A DNA stretch of 56,196 bases from Anaerolineae bacterium (GTDB taxonomy: Bacteria > Chloroflexota > Anaerolineae > JAKLPW01), in NCBI GenBank assembly GCA_022013675.1, contig JAKLPW010000276.1:1-56196 (forward strand). The letters are read 5' to 3'. This document shows, piece by piece, positions 1 to 9,297 of this stretch. The position numbers and the translations under genes were made by a program. Each line of letters begins with the position of its first letter. Position 1 is the stretch's first letter. The notes under the pieces are model-generated. The model did no database searches, was not told the origin of the DNA, and saw only the letters and a list, made by a program, of their open reading frames with translations.

Positions 1-2
1 CT

Positions 3-698
3 CTGGAGCAATTGGCGCTCATCTGCAAGGCGCTTAAGACGAGCCTGGGCGTCCGATTGGACGTGGGCGGGGAGAAGATCTTCCTGGTGGATGACCAGGG
101 ACGATGTCTCGATGGCATTGCAGCCTGTGCATGCATGGTGGCTCTGGCTCTGCAGGCCAATGATGGAGGAAATGTTGCGGTCCCAGTCAATCTCCCCTCT
201 GTCTTTGAGAAGTTGGTTGATCGCTACGGCGGTTCAGTAGTTCGCACCAAGTGTAACCTCCAGGCGCTGATGGAAGCCTCCAAGGCGGAGGGGATAGTCG
301 TGGCAGGAGACGGTGCGGGCGATTTCATCTTTCCTTCACTTGGCCCTGCTGTGGATGGTTTGATGGCTATCGCGAAGCTTCTGGAGTTTCTGGCAACGCA
401 ACATGCCTCCCTTTCCGAAGTCGTGGCTGCGTTACCATCTTATCACATAGCGCGAAGCAGAGTATCCTGTCCGTGGGAGAAAAAAGGTACCGTGATGCGA
501 CTGCTGAATGAACAGTACAAGGACGCGCAAGCTGAGCGCATTGACGGGATAAAGGTTCATTTTGGGGATGAATGGGTGCTGGTCTTGCCAGATCCTGATC
601 ATCCCGAGTATCACATCTACGCTGAGTCGGTGTCAGACGCCCAAGCTGAAGACCTGGCAAGCAAGTTTGTACGAATCGTTGAGGGACTACAAGACTAG
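3..698 (+). CDS. C-terminal part of a phosphoglucomutase/phosphomannomutase-superfamily protein (5' end outside the window)
   Basis: Frame is open from the window start. PGM/PMM C-terminal motifs are present: RLDVGGEKIFLVDDQG, DGLMAIAKLLE, IDGIKV...WVLVLPD...IYAES. Confidence 0.8.
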   Translation: MEQLALICKALKTSLGVRLDVGGEKIFLVDDQGRCLDGIAACACMVALALQANDGGNVAVPVNLPSVFEKLVDRYGGSVVRTKCNLQALMEASKAEGIVVAGDGAGDFIFPSLGPAVDGLMAIAKLLEFLATQHASLSEVVAALPSYHIARSRVSCPWEKKGTVMRLLNEQYKDAQAERIDGIKVHFGDEWVLVLPDPDHPEYHIYAESVSDAQAEDLASKFVRIVEGLQD

Positions 699-706
699 GC
701 GAATTC

Positions 707-1510
707 ATGTTCACGGGAAGGGAAGAGTTGATACTACTGGACGAACTAGATCTGGACACCGGTGAGGCAAGGGATACCATTGTTCGGTTCATACAGGAGG
801 AGTTTGGGAAAGCCGGATTCTCAAGAGCGGTCCTCGGCCTGTCTGGGGGCATAGACTCTGCTCTCGCCTGCTACCTGGCTGTCGAGGCGCTGGGGCCAGA
901 GAACGTGCGGGCACTCCTGATGCCATACGGTTCCGGTAACCCAGGCGGCGAGGCCGACGCTTGGTTGGTTATCGGCAAGCTGAGAATACCATGGGTGAAG
1001 ATTGACATCACACCGATGGTTGATCCCCTCGTGCGTTTATATCCCGAAATGAACGCTCGGCGCAAGGGAAACATCATGGCCCGCGCGCGCATGATTGTGT
1101 TGTATGATCAGTCAGAGGAGTTTCGTGGGCTTGTGGTCGGTACGAGCAACAAGACGGAGATCCTTCTGGGTTACTTCACCCTTTGGGCCGATTCGGCGGC
1201 GGCCATCAAACCGCTCGGAGATTTGTATAAGTGTCAGGTGCGTCAGCTCGCGAGAATTGTGGGTGTGCCAGAGCGTATTGTGCGCAAGGCACCATCGGCA
1301 GACCTGTGGGAGGGACAGACTGACGAGGGCGAGTTGGGGTTTAGCTACGATGTGGCTGATCAGGTGCTGTATCTGTTTCTGGAGGAGGAAAAGAGCGAAG
1401 AAGAGATCGTGGAACAAGGCTTCCCCCAAGGATTGGTGCGGCACGTACTGCAGCGCATGAGGGCAACTGCGTTCAAGCGGGGGCCAATTCCGACGCCGCG
1501 CTTGCGGTGA
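707..1510 (+). CDS. nadE: NH3-dependent NAD+ synthetase
   Basis: Motifs GLSGGIDS, GNIMARARM, GTSNKTE and PSADLWEGQTDE. Confidence 0.95.
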   Translation: MFTGREELILLDELDLDTGEARDTIVRFIQEEFGKAGFSRAVLGLSGGIDSALACYLAVEALGPENVRALLMPYGSGNPGGEADAWLVIGKLRIPWVKIDITPMVDPLVRLYPEMNARRKGNIMARARMIVLYDQSEEFRGLVVGTSNKTEILLGYFTLWADSAAAIKPLGDLYKCQVRQLARIVGVPERIVRKAPSADLWEGQTDEGELGFSYDVADQVLYLFLEEEKSEEEIVEQGFPQGLVRHVLQRMRATAFKRGPIPTPRLR

Positions 1511-1513
1511 GTT

Positions 1514-1575
1514 TCAGGTGAGAGGATTTGAACCTCCGACCTCACGGACTCGAACCGCGCGCGCTAGCTGGTCTG
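1514..1575 (-). repeat. Degenerate partial copy of tRNA-Pro (att-like direct repeat)
   Basis: 1521-1566 (agaggatttgaacctccgacctcacggactcgaaccgcgcgcgcta) matches 2521-2566 with 2 mismatches. The acceptor stem and 5' end are not retained. Confidence 0.9.
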
Positions 1576-1685
1576 AACGGAGAACGCTTATCTATTCCCC
1601 TGGAAACTATCTGCGTACTGCGGTTCATTGCGGTGTTCAAAGTGAAGCCCACCGGTGAGTTGCGTCCACCGGGGATTCTGTCATG

Positions 1686-1952
1686 CTAAGCCCTGCGCTG
1701 TTTTCCCTTTGTCTTGACTTTTGCCCAGATCAGAAAGTCGTCGTAATCAACGTTGGCCAGTCTCAGGATGGAATCGAAGGTACCCTTGGGGATTTCCGGT
1801 TCCCCCATCTTCACGACAGTCACATCGTGGCCACCATCGGGGCGCTCTCTGCTGAGAGACATATGGCTACCCGTCTTTCGGGCGATTTCAAAACCACCCC
1901 GCTGAAGGGCTGCAATTATCTGATCACTCGAGAAGAGGCGTCGCTTAGTCAT
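1686..1952 (-). CDS. hicA: HicA-family toxin (mRNA interferase)
   Basis: 88 aa with IIAALQRGGFEIARKTGSH (GSH catalytic His) and EIPKGTFDSILRLA. The ATG at 1952 overlaps the hicB stop (ATGA). Confidence 0.88.
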   Translation of the reverse strand: MTKRRLFSSDQIIAALQRGGFEIARKTGSHMSLSRERPDGGHDVTVVKMGEPEIPKGTFDSILRLANVDYDDFLIWAKVKTKGKQRRA

Positions 1953-2245
1953 GCCCAGGCAGGAACGGGGAAGACCGCAGAATGAATGATGGCGTTGGGG
2001 GGACACGTGACCTTTTGGTCGGCAGACTCATTTGCGCGGTGAACTGCGATTCCCCTGTCCTTGAGAACCTGCTCACGTTCGCCTAAGTCCTCAAGGGTAT
2101 TCAGATAGACCAAGGTTGCCTCTTTGACGTTTGCAACCGCTTCCTCTTCACTGCGGCCAAAGCTTGCCGTTCCCAATTCCTGACACCTTGATATGTAGTG
2201 ATCTCCTTCGCGCGTGACCTCAAAGGTTACGATTATGTATTGCAC
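1949..2245 (-). CDS. hicB: HicB-family antitoxin
   Basis: GTG start after GGGAGG. The sequence EGDHYISRCQELGTASFGRSEEEAVANVKEATLVYL is the HicB N-terminal fold. Confidence 0.85.
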   Translation of the reverse strand: MQYIIVTFEVTREGDHYISRCQELGTASFGRSEEEAVANVKEATLVYLNTLEDLGEREQVLKDRGIAVHRANESADQKVTCPPNAIIHSAVFPVPAWA

Positions 2246-2507
2246 CGAGAACTGCCTCCCGCTTCCCGGCAATATCCATGTCCGGATATGTGCCCCGAAG
2301 CATTCATTCCGGATCGCGCTGTCTCGTCCCGCGCAATCCATATGGGCAGTCCCAACCCCTGCCCATGTGCTTCATGCATATATTATATCACACCTTGTCA
2401 AATGTCACGACTGCAGCCGCAACCCTGTAATTCGAAATTTAAAAGTGAACCAACCGAGGATCGCCATATCCGACCTGGATGGTAGATAGGCATTACCCGG
2501 TTGACCC

Positions 2508-2586
<79 letters not shown>

Positions 2587-2595
2587 ATGTCTGCT

Positions 2596-2624
2596 ATTAT
2601 AGGCCAATTCGCTTGCTCTGCCAA
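2596..2624 (-). promoter_or_regulatory. sigma70-type promoter for tRNA-Pro
   Basis: TTGGCA-N17-TATAAT on the minus strand. Confidence 0.7.
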
Positions 2625-2747
2625 ATGCCAGCAGCCCGCGATTGCGTGGGAGGTGATTGATGCTTTGATCTGGGTGTGAGGGTAATTGCAGGAACGCTGG
2701 GTCACGGACCCAGCTTGAGCAGTTGTGAGGCTGTTGGGACTGGCGAA

Positions 2748-2776
2748 TTGCACATGATCAGAAGAAGGGCTATACT
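2748..2776 (+). promoter_or_regulatory. sigma70-type promoter
   Basis: TTGCAC-N17-TATACT upstream of the ORF at 2816. Confidence 0.6.
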
Positions 2777-2815
2777 AATCGGTGTGGTATTATCAGGTTT
2801 GCAGGAGGTTCCGCT

Positions 2816-3661
2816 TTGCCCCTGACCTTCCGTCTTGAGGACTACCCGCGCTACCTCGAAAGAGTTGGCGAAGCCACATACCTGGATGTGACACGACGTG
2901 CTGATCCGGCGCGCATTCAGAAGGTGTGGAACAACTTACTGGCTGTGGTGACTGTCTTTGGCGCCCCTTGGATCGTGCAGATATGGACCAAGGACCCAAT
3001 GGGCGTGTTGCGAAGAGGAGAGGGATTGCTTCGGAGGTTGCTGGACAGAGGGACCACCATCACGGCTCAGGTTACAGTAACGGGACTAGGGGGTACAGAG
3101 TGGGAACCCAGGGCGCCATCGGAGCCCTTTCATGGGGTATCGGCCCTGGCGGAGATAATTGGCGGACCGGAGCATGTCACCTGGCGCTACGACCCCATCA
3201 TACCTACTGTGCATAGTCTCGATCGCTTTCGAAATCTAGCTGAGGAGGCCGCCGGATTGGGTATCAGTCGTGGTGTGATCAACTTCATCGCCCAGCCTGG
3301 GCAGTACAAGCGGGTAGATGCTAGGTTGGCTGGCCCTTTGCCAGATTGGAACAAGGGCTTATCGTGGTATGATCACGCTTGGAAAGTGCAGACAGCACAG
3401 GAGATAGTAGCCGTAGCGAACGAGCTAGGCATCCGGATCGCTTGCTGTGCCGAGTCAGCGCAACTTTTGGGAGATGTCAAGAACCTGCGTCCGGCTGCCT
3501 GTGGAGACTATCACTGGTTCGCGGCATTGTCCGGGCGTGACCCGGGGCGGGTACCTTTCTCCGGGAGCCGTCTAAACTGCGGGTGTGCACTGTACTTTGA
3601 CGTAGGGACGTACGGGCAGTGGAAGCGATGTCACGGATGTCTCTATTGCTACGCTGGTTAG
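2816..3661 (+). CDS. DUF1848-family protein with C-terminal Cys cluster
   Basis: Motifs WTKDP, WRYDPII, CCAE and C-terminal CGC...DVGTY...CHGCLYCYA. Confidence 0.75.
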   Translation: MPLTFRLEDYPRYLERVGEATYLDVTRRADPARIQKVWNNLLAVVTVFGAPWIVQIWTKDPMGVLRRGEGLLRRLLDRGTTITAQVTVTGLGGTEWEPRAPSEPFHGVSALAEIIGGPEHVTWRYDPIIPTVHSLDRFRNLAEEAAGLGISRGVINFIAQPGQYKRVDARLAGPLPDWNKGLSWYDHAWKVQTAQEIVAVANELGIRIACCAESAQLLGDVKNLRPAACGDYHWFAALSGRDPGRVPFSGSRLNCGCALYFDVGTYGQWKRCHGCLYCYAG

Positions 3662-3665
3662 GATG

Positions 3666-4511
3666 CTACGATCGGCGTACGAGTCCTTGAGCCATACGAT
3701 TCTCTGCCTGGGTGCGAGTGGGGATACTGGACAGGCCGCGGGCCTCCACGCTATACGACGCGACGGCGTTGGCGAAGCGAGCTGCTGCGTAGGGATCGCT
3801 GCCCTCTGATAGTGCAATGAGATAGGCCGAGGCAAAAACATCACCCGCGCCGGTCGGGTCCGTTTCCTCTGCGTAATAGGCTGGCAGACGACGAACGCCT
3901 TGCGGGGCGTAGACCACGGCTCCACGCCAGCCATCCGTCACCACTGCTAGTTTGGCCATCTCCAAGTAACTCTGCAGAAGAGATAGGTCACCACCTACGT
4001 CCTCTTCGCTGAGGATCAGGACATCGGCACGAGCCAGGATGTGGGGGGCACTGGTCCAGACTGTGTGTCTTACCCGACCGGAAGCATCCCAACTGCGCAT
4101 CCATCCCTGAGGCGTGACGCCTATCAGTGCCTGAGGGAAGAGGTCTACCAGATTCTCTCCTACCTCCATAGCTATTGGCCCTAGGTGAACCAATGGTGCA
4201 CTGTACCACTTCTCTGGTACATGCTCAGGTCTCAACGGAGGGGCCACGGATTGGATATATTGTTCTCGTGTTCCATTGGTGTATATATTCTCAAAGGTCG
4301 TCGTATCTTCTGCTGGCCAACATATTAGCTCGATGCCATCGAACACGGATCCCATCTCCATATCCTCTGCCACGCTGGTAATGACGCCGACGCGCAGTCC
4401 CAGGTTTCGCGCCGTTAACGCAGCATAGGTCACAGTTCCGCCCGGTATTATGGTGCCATCATGCTGTATGTCTCGGGTTATATGGCCGATCACGATGTAG
4501 TCAGGCAGCAT
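3666..4511 (-). CDS. PfkB/ribokinase-family carbohydrate kinase
   Basis: N-terminal PGGTVTYAA and the anion-hole motif DPTGAGDVF. ATG at 4511 has GGAG upstream (alternative start 4538). Confidence 0.88.
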   Translation of the reverse strand: MLPDYIVIGHITRDIQHDGTIIPGGTVTYAALTARNLGLRVGVITSVAEDMEMGSVFDGIELICWPAEDTTTFENIYTNGTREQYIQSVAPPLRPEHVPEKWYSAPLVHLGPIAMEVGENLVDLFPQALIGVTPQGWMRSWDASGRVRHTVWTSAPHILARADVLILSEEDVGGDLSLLQSYLEMAKLAVVTDGWRGAVVYAPQGVRRLPAYYAEETDPTGAGDVFASAYLIALSEGSDPYAAARFANAVASYSVEARGLSSIPTRTQAENRMAQGLVRRS

Positions 4512-4618
4512 AGGCGTTGCTCTCCGTGTTCTTTCCATTGCCGGCTAGGATGATTGTGATGTGAGATCTCGTAACTTTCCGCACTAGCTACTTGCTTTGC
4601 AGCGCAGAGACCAGCGCG

Positions 4619-4710
4619 ATTATACCCTTCCTGTGTGGATTGGTCAAGCTCGTGGTTACCCTTAACATCCTTATGTCCCAGTTGACGCGAGTTGCTGTTC
4701 GGGTTATGAT
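4619..4710. promoter_or_regulatory. Divergent sigma70-type promoters (pfkB / amidase)
   Basis: Minus strand TTGACC-N17-TATAAT (4647-4619); plus strand TTGACG-N17-TATGAT (4682-4710). Confidence 0.65.
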
Positions 4711-4739
4711 ACAAATGATTACGAAGAAGAAGAGGCTAT

Positions 4740-5492
4740 ATGGCCCGGAAATCAAGAAAGAGACACAACAGGCGGCGGAGTGAGGCTGCTGAGAGAGCTC
4801 TAAGCATAGTGCGCAACCTGATGCTAACTTTGCTTATGGGTATCGTGATCCTGGCTGTAATCTCTGTGCGGACCGAGCCTTCTTCTCTCGGCCTGGGTGA
4901 GGAAGGTGAGTCGTGGCTTGACTTGATTGGCTCTCGCCCCTCAACACCGCGCATTGGGATCATCGCTGGGCACTGGCAGTTCGATTCCGGAGCCATCTGT
5001 CCAGACGGGCTGCAAGAAGTAGACATAAATCTTGGAATTGCCCGGCTGGTAGTAGATACTCTGAGAGAGAGGGGGTACTTGGCCGAAGTGCTGCCCGAGT
5101 ACTCACGCAAACTCAAAGGGTATCGAGCGGTGGCTCTCGTTTCGCTGCATGCTGATTCCTGCGTGCACCATGTCTCGGGGTTCAAGGTTGCTGCCCGGGA
5201 GGGGCGTTCAGCAGCGGAACAGGACCGTCGTCTGGTGGAGTGTCTGTATGAGGGATATGGTAAGGCTACCGGTCTTTCCCGGCATGATCAGAGTATTACG
5301 GTAGACATGACCAGGTACCATGCTTTTCGGAGCATCTCACCCAAGACGCCAGCGGCCATCATTGAGATGGGCTTCATGGGCAGCGATCGGGAGTTGTTGA
5401 CTCAGCGGCAAGATCTGGTGGTGCAGGGTATCGTTGACGGAATACTCCTATTTTTAGATACGGGCGAAGAGGAAGTCTCTCCTACGGAATAG
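4740..5492 (+). CDS. Membrane-anchored N-acetylmuramoyl-L-alanine amidase (Amidase_3)
   Basis: N-terminal TM helix; zinc motifs IAGH, DSGA...E.DIN, SLHAD and IIEMGF. Confidence 0.85.
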   Translation: MARKSRKRHNRRRSEAAERALSIVRNLMLTLLMGIVILAVISVRTEPSSLGLGEEGESWLDLIGSRPSTPRIGIIAGHWQFDSGAICPDGLQEVDINLGIARLVVDTLRERGYLAEVLPEYSRKLKGYRAVALVSLHADSCVHHVSGFKVAAREGRSAAEQDRRLVECLYEGYGKATGLSRHDQSITVDMTRYHAFRSISPKTPAAIIEMGFMGSDRELLTQRQDLVVQGIVDGILLFLDTGEEEVSPTE

Positions 5493-5520
5493 GAAAATGG
5501 ACAGAGGGGGGTAGGGCAGG

Positions 5521-6885
5521 ATGTCGACACTATTGGTACGTAATGCAGATCTACTGGTGACTATGGATCGGAATAGGCGAGAGATACCTGATGGCGCATT
5601 GCTCGTCCGTGATAATGTCATTGAAGCCGTGGGATCTAGTGAGGAATTGGCAACGGAGGCGGACAGGGTTATTGATGCAGAGGGCATGTTGATCATGCCT
5701 GGCTTGGTGAACACGCACCACCATCTCTACCAAACCCTGACACGTGCTTTGCCGGCCGCTCAGGATGCACTGCTATTCTCGTGGCTTGAGACTCTGTATC
5801 CGGTGTGGGGCGAGTTGACTTCCGAAGCGGTGTATACCAGCGCGATGATCGGGTTGGCCGAATTGGTTCTTTCCGGCTGCACTACTGCCAGCGATCATCT
5901 GTACTTATACCCTCACGATGCGTCACTGGAGGATGAGATAAGGGCGGCACGGGAACTAGGGGTTCGCTTTCATCCATGCCGAGGGAGCATGTCCTTGGGA
6001 CGAAGCAAAGGAGGATTGCCTCCGGATGATGTCGTACAGGACGAGGATGTCATCATGAAAGACTGCCAGCGTGCCGTTGAGGCTCATCATGACCCATCTC
6101 CTTTCTCTATGCTTCGCGTTGTGCTAGCGCCTTGTTCTCCCTTTTCTGTTTCGGCTGATCTGATGCGCAGTTCTGTGGAATTGGCGCGGGAGTATGATGT
6201 TTACTTGCATACGCACGTGGCGGAAACGAGAGATGAGGAGGAGTTCTGCCTGAAGCGTCTCGGTTGTAGGCCGGTGCGTTACATGGAGCGGCTAGGATGG
6301 GTAGGACCGGACGTCTGGTATGCTCATGCTGTACATCTCAACGAGGAGGAGATCAGAACTCTAGCTGATACGGGGACGGGTGTAGCACATTGTCCCAGTT
6401 CTAATATGCGGCTAGGCTCTGGCATCGCACCCGTACGGCGCATGCTGGAAGCGGGAGTGAAGGTTGGGTTGGCTCTAGATGGCAGTGCCAGTAACGACTC
6501 ATCTCACATGTTGGCCGAAGCTCGGATGGCGATGCTCCTTCAGCGGGTTGAATACGGGGCCGAGGCGATGAGCGCTAGACAGGCCCTCGAATTAGCGACG
6601 CTAGGAGGTGCGGCAGTGCTGGGGAGGAAAGACATCGGGTGCCTGGCGCCCGGGAAGGCAGCGGACCTGATCGGGTTCGATTTGCATTGTCTGGAGTACG
6701 CGGGCGCTCTGCACGATCCCCTGGCTGCCCTGATCTTCTGCACTCCTCGCAATGTGACCCTTTCGATAATCAATGGCAAGCTGGTTGTCGAGGACGGCGA
6801 GTTGGTCAAGACGGATCTTGTTCGCCTAGTAGCTAGACATAACGAGATCAGTAGGGAATTGGTAGTTAGAGCTGAGGCAAGCTAA
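5521..6885 (+). CDS. 8-oxoguanine deaminase-like amidohydrolase
   Basis: Motifs PGLVNTHHHLYQTLTRA, LAPCSPFSV, LHTHVAE, HCPSSNMRLGSG and DGSASND. Confidence 0.85.
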   Translation: MSTLLVRNADLLVTMDRNRREIPDGALLVRDNVIEAVGSSEELATEADRVIDAEGMLIMPGLVNTHHHLYQTLTRALPAAQDALLFSWLETLYPVWGELTSEAVYTSAMIGLAELVLSGCTTASDHLYLYPHDASLEDEIRAARELGVRFHPCRGSMSLGRSKGGLPPDDVVQDEDVIMKDCQRAVEAHHDPSPFSMLRVVLAPCSPFSVSADLMRSSVELAREYDVYLHTHVAETRDEEEFCLKRLGCRPVRYMERLGWVGPDVWYAHAVHLNEEEIRTLADTGTGVAHCPSSNMRLGSGIAPVRRMLEAGVKVGLALDGSASNDSSHMLAEARMAMLLQRVEYGAEAMSARQALELATLGGAAVLGRKDIGCLAPGKAADLIGFDLHCLEYAGALHDPLAALIFCTPRNVTLSIINGKLVVEDGELVKTDLVRLVARHNEISRELVVRAEAS

Positions 6886-8098
6886 GTAGGGCGCGGCGGA
6901 GCATATCTAGTGCCGTGTTGCCTACCCATTTGATAGTGCTGGGGGTATGGATGGAGAAGGTGACCGCCTTCTGGATCTCAATATTTGGTCCCACCAGCGC
7001 CAGAGATGCTCCATAGGCGATGTCCGAATCATGGCCTTCTGGGGTCAGGACTGCCAGGCCGTAGTCCGCTCCGTGGACTTCGCGAGTCGCAGCGGCAACT
7101 ACTGAAGCCACAGCAGTATCGTATTCTTGTATGGTCCGTTCTGGTCCTATTTGAAGGCCCATCCGTTCCAAAAGGGAGGTAGTGCTGGAACTCAACGTGG
7201 TGCCTTTTATTACCTCAGGGCTGCCAGAGACGTTGCCCAATCGTTGAGTAACGATCCCAAGGTTCGTCTCGGCCAACGCAATAGTCTTTCCGTGTTCTCG
7301 CAAGAGGCGAACGATTACTTCTTCGAGCGTTTGATGGTCGGCACCGTAGATATAGTCCCCCAGGCGCGCACGTAGCTCTGCCTCGGAATGTGCAATTAGT
7401 CTATCAACTGTAGTCTCGTCATTTGCCTTGGCGGTAATGCGAACATCGGTTTGGCCTGGGTGAGCAGCCAGGCCAACCGTGGGATTGCTCTGGCGCATGA
7501 GGTCGCCGATTAGCTGGTCGACACGACTCTCACCGATACTGCACGTATGCAGCACCTTGCTCTTGATCACGCCTGTGAGCCCTAGTTTGTGGCGAAGGTA
7601 GGGGAGAACACGTGTCTCAGTCAGGTAGCGCATCTCGTAGGGAACACCGGGAAGAGTCACTATGGAAGTGCTTTCAGTTTCGACTATGAAGGCAGGGGCT
7701 GTACCCACAGGGTTCTCGATGGTAATGGCCCCTTTAGGAAGGTACGCTTGTTGTTGATTATTTTTTCCCATCAGCTGGCCACGCTTCTCGAAGAAGCATC
7801 GAATTTGGGCGAGGAGACGAGCGTCCAGTACCAGTTCGCGATCGGTGGCACGGGCCACTGCCTGGCGGGTCACATCGTCTACGGTGGGCCCCAGCCCTCC
7901 GGTAATGATTACCACATCCGAACGCTGCATGGCAGATCTGACGACAGCCGCTATGCGTTCCTCGTTGTCCCCTACGGTGGTCTGATAGTAGAGGTTTAGG
8001 CCGATTGCAGCCAATTGTTTTGCCAGGTAGGCCGCGTTCGTATCTACTATTTCGCCCAGCAGTAGCTCAGTACCAGTAGTGATAATCTCTGCGTGCAA
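6866..8098 (-). CDS. cinA: CinA-family protein (MoCF-like domain plus degenerate PncC domain)
   Basis: Motifs GTELLLGEIVDTN, TGGLGPTVDDVT, NPVGTAP and LPGVPYEM. Confidence 0.9.
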   Translation of the reverse strand: MHAEIITTGTELLLGEIVDTNAAYLAKQLAAIGLNLYYQTTVGDNEERIAAVVRSAMQRSDVVIITGGLGPTVDDVTRQAVARATDRELVLDARLLAQIRCFFEKRGQLMGKNNQQQAYLPKGAITIENPVGTAPAFIVETESTSIVTLPGVPYEMRYLTETRVLPYLRHKLGLTGVIKSKVLHTCSIGESRVDQLIGDLMRQSNPTVGLAAHPGQTDVRITAKANDETTVDRLIAHSEAELRARLGDYIYGADHQTLEEVIVRLLREHGKTIALAETNLGIVTQRLGNVSGSPEVIKGTTLSSSTTSLLERMGLQIGPERTIQEYDTAVASVVAAATREVHGADYGLAVLTPEGHDSDIAYGASLALVGPNIEIQKAVTFSIHTPSTIKWVGNTALDMLRRALLSLPQL

Positions 8099-8157
8099 TC
8101 TTATGCTCTCCTGGAAATTATCATGGAATGGATAGACAGGCGATGATCTTTGGCCCC

Positions 8158-9240
8158 TTACGTATAGTGTTGCTTTCCAACTCGTCTCAGTTTATCGACC
8201 ATCTGTTTGACAGACTGGGCACAGTCCATGGGACAGACGAGGGTCACGTCGTCGGTGTCTATGACGATGATGTTCTCGAGTCCGATAGTGGCGACCAGGC
8301 GGCCGGAGGAGAAAATGAGAGAGTTGCTGGTGTCGATGTCCAGATGCTCTCCGTTGCCAAGGGAGATGTTGCCTGCCTCATTGGCGATCATGATACTGGT
8401 CAAGGCGGCCCAGCTCCCGATATCGTTCCAGCCGATATCGCTGGGAATGACCACCACATCTTGGGCTTGTTCCATGACGGCGATATCAATGGTTTCCTTG
8501 CGTATCTTGCCCCAGGTTTTGGCAAGGATTTCCTTCTCCATCGATGTGCCCAGGACGGCGTCAATGGAGGCCAGGTGGGCATATATGTCAGGCTGCAGTC
8601 GCTGTATCTCACTCAGTATGTCTTCCGCACGCCAGATGAACATTCCACTGTTCCAGTAGTACTCACCACTGGCCACAAAAGCCTCTGCCTTGGTCTGGTC
8701 AGGTTTCTCTGTAAAGCGGAGCACTTGGTAGACGGGATTGCGCCCTATCCTCTCAACCAGATCACCCCTGTGGATGTAGCCAAAGCCAGTCTCCGCGTAG
8801 AGCGGGATGATACCGAGGGTCACAAAATGCCCTTGCGCAGCTTCCTCGACTGCGCTACACAGGATGCCACGGAAGGCTTCCTGTTTCTCGATTATGTGGT
8901 CCGCATGCAAGGAAATCATAATGGACAATGGATCTCGCTTGCGCATATGCAGAGCCGCCAAACCTACACAAGCTGCAGTCCCGCGAGGAGCCGGTTCGAC
9001 GATGTAGTTCGCCTCCGGAATCGCCGGGACCTGAGCTTTGATCTGCGATACGTGGTCGTTGGCAGTAACGATGTAGATGTGGTCGTCAGGAACGAACGGA
9101 CGGATTCGATCTACCGTTAGTTGGAGTGTGCTTTGTCCCCCGAAGAGGGGAAGCAGATGCTTAGGGTTGTGTCGTCGGCTGTAGGGCCAGAGGCGAGTAC
9201 CGCTTCCACCTGCAAGGATGGAGACAAATACGTGAGACAT
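8158..9240 (-). CDS. manC: Mannose-1-phosphate guanylyltransferase
   Basis: Motifs ILAGGSGTRLWPYSR..PK, ETGFGYI, FTEKP, YWNSGMF and WNDIGSW. Confidence 0.9.
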   Translation of the reverse strand: MSHVFVSILAGGSGTRLWPYSRRHNPKHLLPLFGGQSTLQLTVDRIRPFVPDDHIYIVTANDHVSQIKAQVPAIPEANYIVEPAPRGTAACVGLAALHMRKRDPLSIMISLHADHIIEKQEAFRGILCSAVEEAAQGHFVTLGIIPLYAETGFGYIHRGDLVERIGRNPVYQVLRFTEKPDQTKAEAFVASGEYYWNSGMFIWRAEDILSEIQRLQPDIYAHLASIDAVLGTSMEKEILAKTWGKIRKETIDIAVMEQAQDVVVIPSDIGWNDIGSWAALTSIMIANEAGNISLGNGEHLDIDTSNSLIFSSGRLVATIGLENIIVIDTDDVTLVCPMDCAQSVKQMVDKLRRVGKQHYT

Positions 9241-9297
9241 GTGGTTTCGATGGTGAGTTGAGTAAGGCATCATTGCCCTCCAGAAATGTGGCCGCAA

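Noticed and set aside
1514-1575. Second functional tRNA (loop would read CGA)
   Set aside because: The 5' acceptor strand is missing and the stems are mismatched. It is a degenerate fragment of the tRNA-Pro.
1953-2006. Longer HicA start at 2006 (and HicB start at 2341)
   Set aside because: The ATGA coupling at 1952 and the RBS before GTG 2245 fit family lengths better.
8128-9120. 330-aa plus-strand ORF
   Set aside because: Antisense shadow of manC with no motifs. The same applies to 9514-10113, 11730-12401, 24697-25410 and 38619-39317.
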